DNA of 64,000 bases, from the NCBI GenBank assembly GCA_965219955.1, contig OZ244799.1:1024001-1088000 (forward strand), given 5' to 3'. The stretch's first letter is position 1. Each line of letters begins with the position of its first letter. Both the position numbers and the translations under genes were made by a program. Source of the DNA: a bacterium. Its GTDB lineage: Bacteria; UBA8248. Positions 60,518-64,000 of the stretch are shown here, in pieces. The notes below the pieces were generated by a model. It saw nothing but the letters and a program-made list of their open reading frames with translations. It had not been told where the DNA came from and made no database searches.

Positions 60518-61583
60518 CGCAATTCCCCGCATTTGGCGTCACGGCGCGCCACGGGCGTTACGCTAGAGTCGATTCCGGTTGATGAGGGGCTGTTGGAAAA
60601 GCCCTCTCGGGGGCATCGCTTTTGCCCCCCCTTGTCGGGGTTGTTGAAAAACCCCTGTATGCGTCCACTGGAAACCGCCGACGCCTCTTTCCTCACCCTG
60701 AGTAGCCGCCAAAGGCGGCGTATCGAAGGGCGAGGGGCTCGCGCCGTGGCGAGAGGGCATCCTTCGATACGGCGCTTACGCGCCTACTCAGGATGAGGGG
60801 TGTCGGGGAACAGTGGAGCCTGTCCCGAGCGAAGTCGAGGGGCCGCTACTCAGGATGAGGCGATGTGGTTTTGTTCGTCATTCCGGTGCCGGAACCGACC
60901 AATTGCTTTGTCGTTGCTTTTTCTTTTCTGATTGATTCCCGCCAATGACGGGGAGATGAAAAGCCGGAGTATTGCCATTCTGCTCGGCACTGGATTCCGG
61001 CTTTCGCGGGAATGACGGTCAAAACCCGAAACCGATCGGAGGCAGAGGCGTCACTTCCTCCTTGATGGGGTTTTCAAGGCCCCGATGAATGAGGGTTTGA
61101 CGCAGCGGCCAGACCTCTCCACGGGGGCGAGGCGGCGCTTCAGCCGGGCCGGTCGGAACCGTGCGGGTTTCATGAGGGAGGTTTTTTGATGGAAAAGGCA
61201 ATCTCAGGTGTTGTTCTGGTTCATGCGAAGCGGGAAGGGCGGGTCAATCCTTCCCGGCGGGCGAACGCGCGAACTCCCTCGAATCGGTCGAACCCCTCGA
61301 ACTACGAGCAACCCGGCGAACAGGGCGAGGCGATGAAGCCCTCAGTTCCCTTCGGTGACGCGCAAACGCCAATCGCTCCTTCGTCAGTCGCGATTAACCG
61401 GTAAAATACGATAAATATAGATAAATATCGGTAAATTACCGAAAATATTTTTGGATTGAATGAACATTGTATTTTGCTATAATTTAACCGTTTGTCGGAT
61501 GATATTAAAGTAATACATTATATAATTATCGAAATTTATCGAATTAAAAACTTTTTTTCGGACCCCGCAATTCCCCGCATTTG
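60518..61583. repeat. AT-rich element copy 2, bounded by 18-bp direct repeats and containing a REP/MITE insert
   Basis: CGCAATTCCCCGCATTTG is identical at 60518-60535 and 61566-61583; 61400-61583 is homologous to 1772-1938. Confidence 0.7.
60586..61083. mobile_element. mosaic MITE-like unit
   Basis: IS-type ends at 60586 and 60637, degenerate closing end at 61071-61083; modules shared with 45473-45666, 9290-9363, 58714-58854 and 58478-58533. Confidence 0.65.
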
Positions 61584-62711
61584 CTACGCGAAGCGCATCG
61601 GGTCATAAGGCGCGGGATCGATCGGGGGGGCGTCTCCCAGATAGAGCGCGGTGGCCAGCCTCACGCTGGCGGGCGCAGGCCCGATGCCCGAAGGTCCGTG
61701 CCCGGTGCAGAAGTAGAGGCCATCGAGAGCGCCCTGGCCGATGAGGGGCAGGTAGTCCGATGAGGTGGGCCGGAAGCCGCTCCAGGTTTCCTCGATGGCG
61801 CACGAGGCGATTTCCGGGGCGATGCGGGTTCCCTCGCTCAGCAGCCATGAGAGGCCGCCCACGGTGAGCCTCGGGTCCTCGCCGGCGAACTCCCTCGTCG
61901 CGCCCAAAAGAACGCGGCCGTCTGCGCGGGGTACGAGGTAGGGGTCGTTCACGGTCATCACAACGCGCTCAAGCCCCAGCGCGCGGGCGTCCATGGCGAT
62001 CATCTGCCCGCGCTGGGGGGTGATGGGCGGCCGCGGGACGGCGCCGGGAACGCTGCGGCTGCCGGTGCCTGCGCAGATGAAGACGGCGGTCGCCTCGTGA
62101 ACGCCCGCATCCGTGCGGACGCCGGTGACTCTCGCATCGGCGCTCAGGATTTCCTCCACCGCGCATCCGGTGATGATCTCCACCCCCAGCCGCCTGCAGG
62201 CAATCTCGAGCGCAGGCCCCAGCTTTCTGACTTCGAGGTTTCCGCCCATGACCTGGAGCGCTCCCGCCAAATCATCCGAGAGGCAAGGTTCTTCGCTCTT
62301 CAGGACTTCGGGCGGCATCCATTCCGCCTCCCCCCACTCGCGCGCGCGGGCTTTTTCCTGTATGGACTCTGCTTCGGCCTCATCGAGGGCGATCAGCAAT
62401 ACGCCGTTGAGGCGGTATTCGATGTCCGTTCCGCTTTCCTCGGCGATAGCTTCCGCGAGTTGGGTCCAATCTTCATCCGAGTCGCTCCTGAGCCTCAAGC
62501 CCGGCAGACCGGCGATATCGGCGGAGCCGCTCGTCCCGTGGGCGGAGATGATGCCGGCGGAAGCCCAGGTGGCGCCCGCTCCGGGCCGGCCCTTTTCGAT
62601 GATGGTGACGCTCCTGCCCGTTTTGCGGAGCTCTCTGGCTATGAGGAGACCCATGATGCCGCCACCGATGATAATAACGTCGCGCATGAAATGCCTTTCT
62701 ATGTATTCCAT
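61584..62711 (-). CDS. FAD-dependent glycine oxidase (ThiO/DAO family)
   Basis: IIGGGIMG, ATWASAG, RGQM, YLVPR, WSGFRP, TGH. Confidence 0.88.
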   Translation of the reverse strand: MEYIERHFMRDVIIIGGGIMGLLIARELRKTGRSVTIIEKGRPGAGATWASAGIISAHGTSGSADIAGLPGLRLRSDSDEDWTQLAEAIAEESGTDIEYRLNGVLLIALDEAEAESIQEKARAREWGEAEWMPPEVLKSEEPCLSDDLAGALQVMGGNLEVRKLGPALEIACRRLGVEIITGCAVEEILSADARVTGVRTDAGVHEATAVFICAGTGSRSVPGAVPRPPITPQRGQMIAMDARALGLERVVMTVNDPYLVPRADGRVLLGATREFAGEDPRLTVGGLSWLLSEGTRIAPEIASCAIEETWSGFRPTSSDYLPLIGQGALDGLYFCTGHGPSGIGPAPASVRLATALYLGDAPPIDPAPYDPMRFA

Positions 62712-62800
62712 CTGTTGGATGGTCTGAGTGGCCTTGCTGATGAGGTTATATCATGGAGATTCGGCCCTGCCGCAAGCGGGGGAGATCCATATCAGCAGAC

Positions 62801-62833
62801 AAAAAAACGACGGCCCGGGTGAGCCGTCGTTTT
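62801..62833 (-). terminator. rho-independent terminator of the cold-shock gene
   Basis: AAAAAAACGACGGC-loop-GCCGTCGTTTT just downstream of the csp stop. Confidence 0.8.
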
Positions 62834-62850
62834 GATTTTTTTGATGAGGG

Positions 62851-63066
62851 TTATTCTTCGGAGTCACCCCCTTTTGTGACGTTGGCCGCCTGAAGCCCTT
62901 TCGGGCCTTGGACAATTTCGAAGTTCACGTTCTGTCCTTCCTCCAGGGTTTTGAAGCCCTCTCCCTGGATGGCGGAGAAGTGAACGAAAACGTCGTCACC
63001 ATCCGTCTGCGAAATGAAACCATAGCCCTTCGCGTCATTGAACCACTTTACTGTTCCTTCTGGCAC
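62851..63066 (-). CDS. csp: cold-shock protein
   Basis: [33 protein letters not shown]; GTG start after GGAG. Confidence 0.96.
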   Translation of the reverse strand: MPEGTVKWFNDAKGYGFISQTDGDDVFVHFSAIQGEGFKTLEEGQNVNFEIVQGPKGLQAANVTKGGDSEE

Positions 63067-63279
63067 TTGCTGATCTCCTGCATATTTTGGAAATGGGTAG
63101 AGGTGAAACAGGTAGCGGCCTTTCACTTCAAGTACATTTCCAGAAAACACAATTTGGCCGCGCCTGCCGCAGCCTTATTAACTGCTTATCAGACTAAGCA
63201 TCGCCTTGCAACCTGTGAAATTCTTATGTAGCAGGTGGAAGGTGAATGTTCACGCACATTTCAGCCTATGGGAGAACTC

Positions 63280-63834
63280 ATGCCGATGACACGTTTGACC
63301 GAGACACCAATGGAACAGATGACGGATGCGCAAAGAAAACTCTATGAAAAAATCGCTTCCGGACCCAGAGGAGGTGTACGTGGCCCTTTTCTGGCGTGGC
63401 TGAAAAGCCCGGCTTATCTTGCAAGACTGGAAGAGACGGGGCGTTACCTGCGCTATGATACCCTTTTTGAACCCAGGCTGAGCGAGTTTGCGATTTTGAT
63501 CACCGCCCGGTTCTGGAGTTCGCAATATGAATGGTACGCTCATGAGCCTTTGGCCAGGAAGGGAGGCTTGTCTCCCGAGATCATCAAGGCGGTTCAGGAG
63601 AACAGGCGACCCGAAGAAATGGCCGCCGATGAGGAAGCAATCTATGATTTTTGCACTGCATTGCACGAAAATCACTTCGTGAGCGGTGACGTTTACCAGA
63701 ATGCACTCGAACATTTCGGAGAGCGTGGGTTGGTCGAGTTAATCGGTCTTATTGGACATTATACGACTGTCTCGATGACGCTCAACGCATTTGAACTTCA
63801 GGTTCCGGAGGGAGAAGAAGCTCCGCTAAAGTAA
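63280..63834 (+). CDS. carboxymuconolactone decarboxylase family protein
   Basis: GPRGG.RGPF, EFAIL, QYEWYAH. Confidence 0.88.
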   Translation: MPMTRLTETPMEQMTDAQRKLYEKIASGPRGGVRGPFLAWLKSPAYLARLEETGRYLRYDTLFEPRLSEFAILITARFWSSQYEWYAHEPLARKGGLSPEIIKAVQENRRPEEMAADEEAIYDFCTALHENHFVSGDVYQNALEHFGERGLVELIGLIGHYTTVSMTLNAFELQVPEGEEAPLK

Positions 63835-63848
63835 AGAGGTCACTCGAC

Positions 63849-64000
63849 ATGCGACTAAAGGGAAAGACGGCTTTCATCACGGGAGCCTCTGTGGGAATTG
63901 GCTCCGCCATCGCAAGGCGTTTCGCCGAGGAAGGATGTTCACTATATTTGGCGGGTGGCAGGAACCAAAGAGCTTTGGAGTCGACCCTCGATTATTGCAA
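63849..64000 (+). CDS. short-chain dehydrogenase/reductase, 5' part (runs off the window)
   Basis: MRLKGKTAFITGASVGIGSAIARRFAEEG; GAGGT RBS. Confidence 0.85.
   Translation, partial: MRLKGKTAFITGASVGIGSAIARRFAEEGCSLYLAGGRNQRALESTLDYC

Noticed and set aside
58089-61083. Repeat clusters as a CRISPR array
   Set aside because: Repeats are inverted doublets with irregular spacing and recurring spacers; no cas genes.
63067-63230. cspA-type thermosensor 5' UTR
   Set aside because: Position is plausible but no recognisable sequence or structure can be supported by eye.
63280-63834. Second CMD-family gene as another selenoprotein
   Set aside because: Uninterrupted ORF without CxxC/CxxU or an in-frame TGA.

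Overview
GC-rich bacterial chromosome window with about 58 CDS, mostly catabolic enzymes and TRAP/TAXI/ABC transporters, plus one tRNA-Glu(CTC). Taxonomy is not determinable from the window. Intergenic regions are densely filled with four families of REP-like palindromes. These are packaged in mosaic, sometimes nested, MITE-like units bounded by GGGG(T/C)TGTTGAAAAA inverted ends; no transposase, RAYT or integrase gene is visible. Main observations: (1) an integrase-less islet with an AAA ATPase plus partner (MADS mad3/mad4-like) sits between two copies of the last 52 bp of a ydhR-like gene that differ almost only at synonymous sites; (2) a TPR-HEPN gene is enclosed by a perfect 27-bp inverted GTAG-REP pair; (3) an AhpD-like gene is split only by an in-frame UGA in a CxxU motif followed by a SECIS-like hairpin; (4) a lower-GC pair of PD-(D/E)XK-like genes; (5) a twice-occurring AT-rich, direct-repeat-bounded element made of 10-bp units. 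Family assignments come from motif recognition, not database searches.
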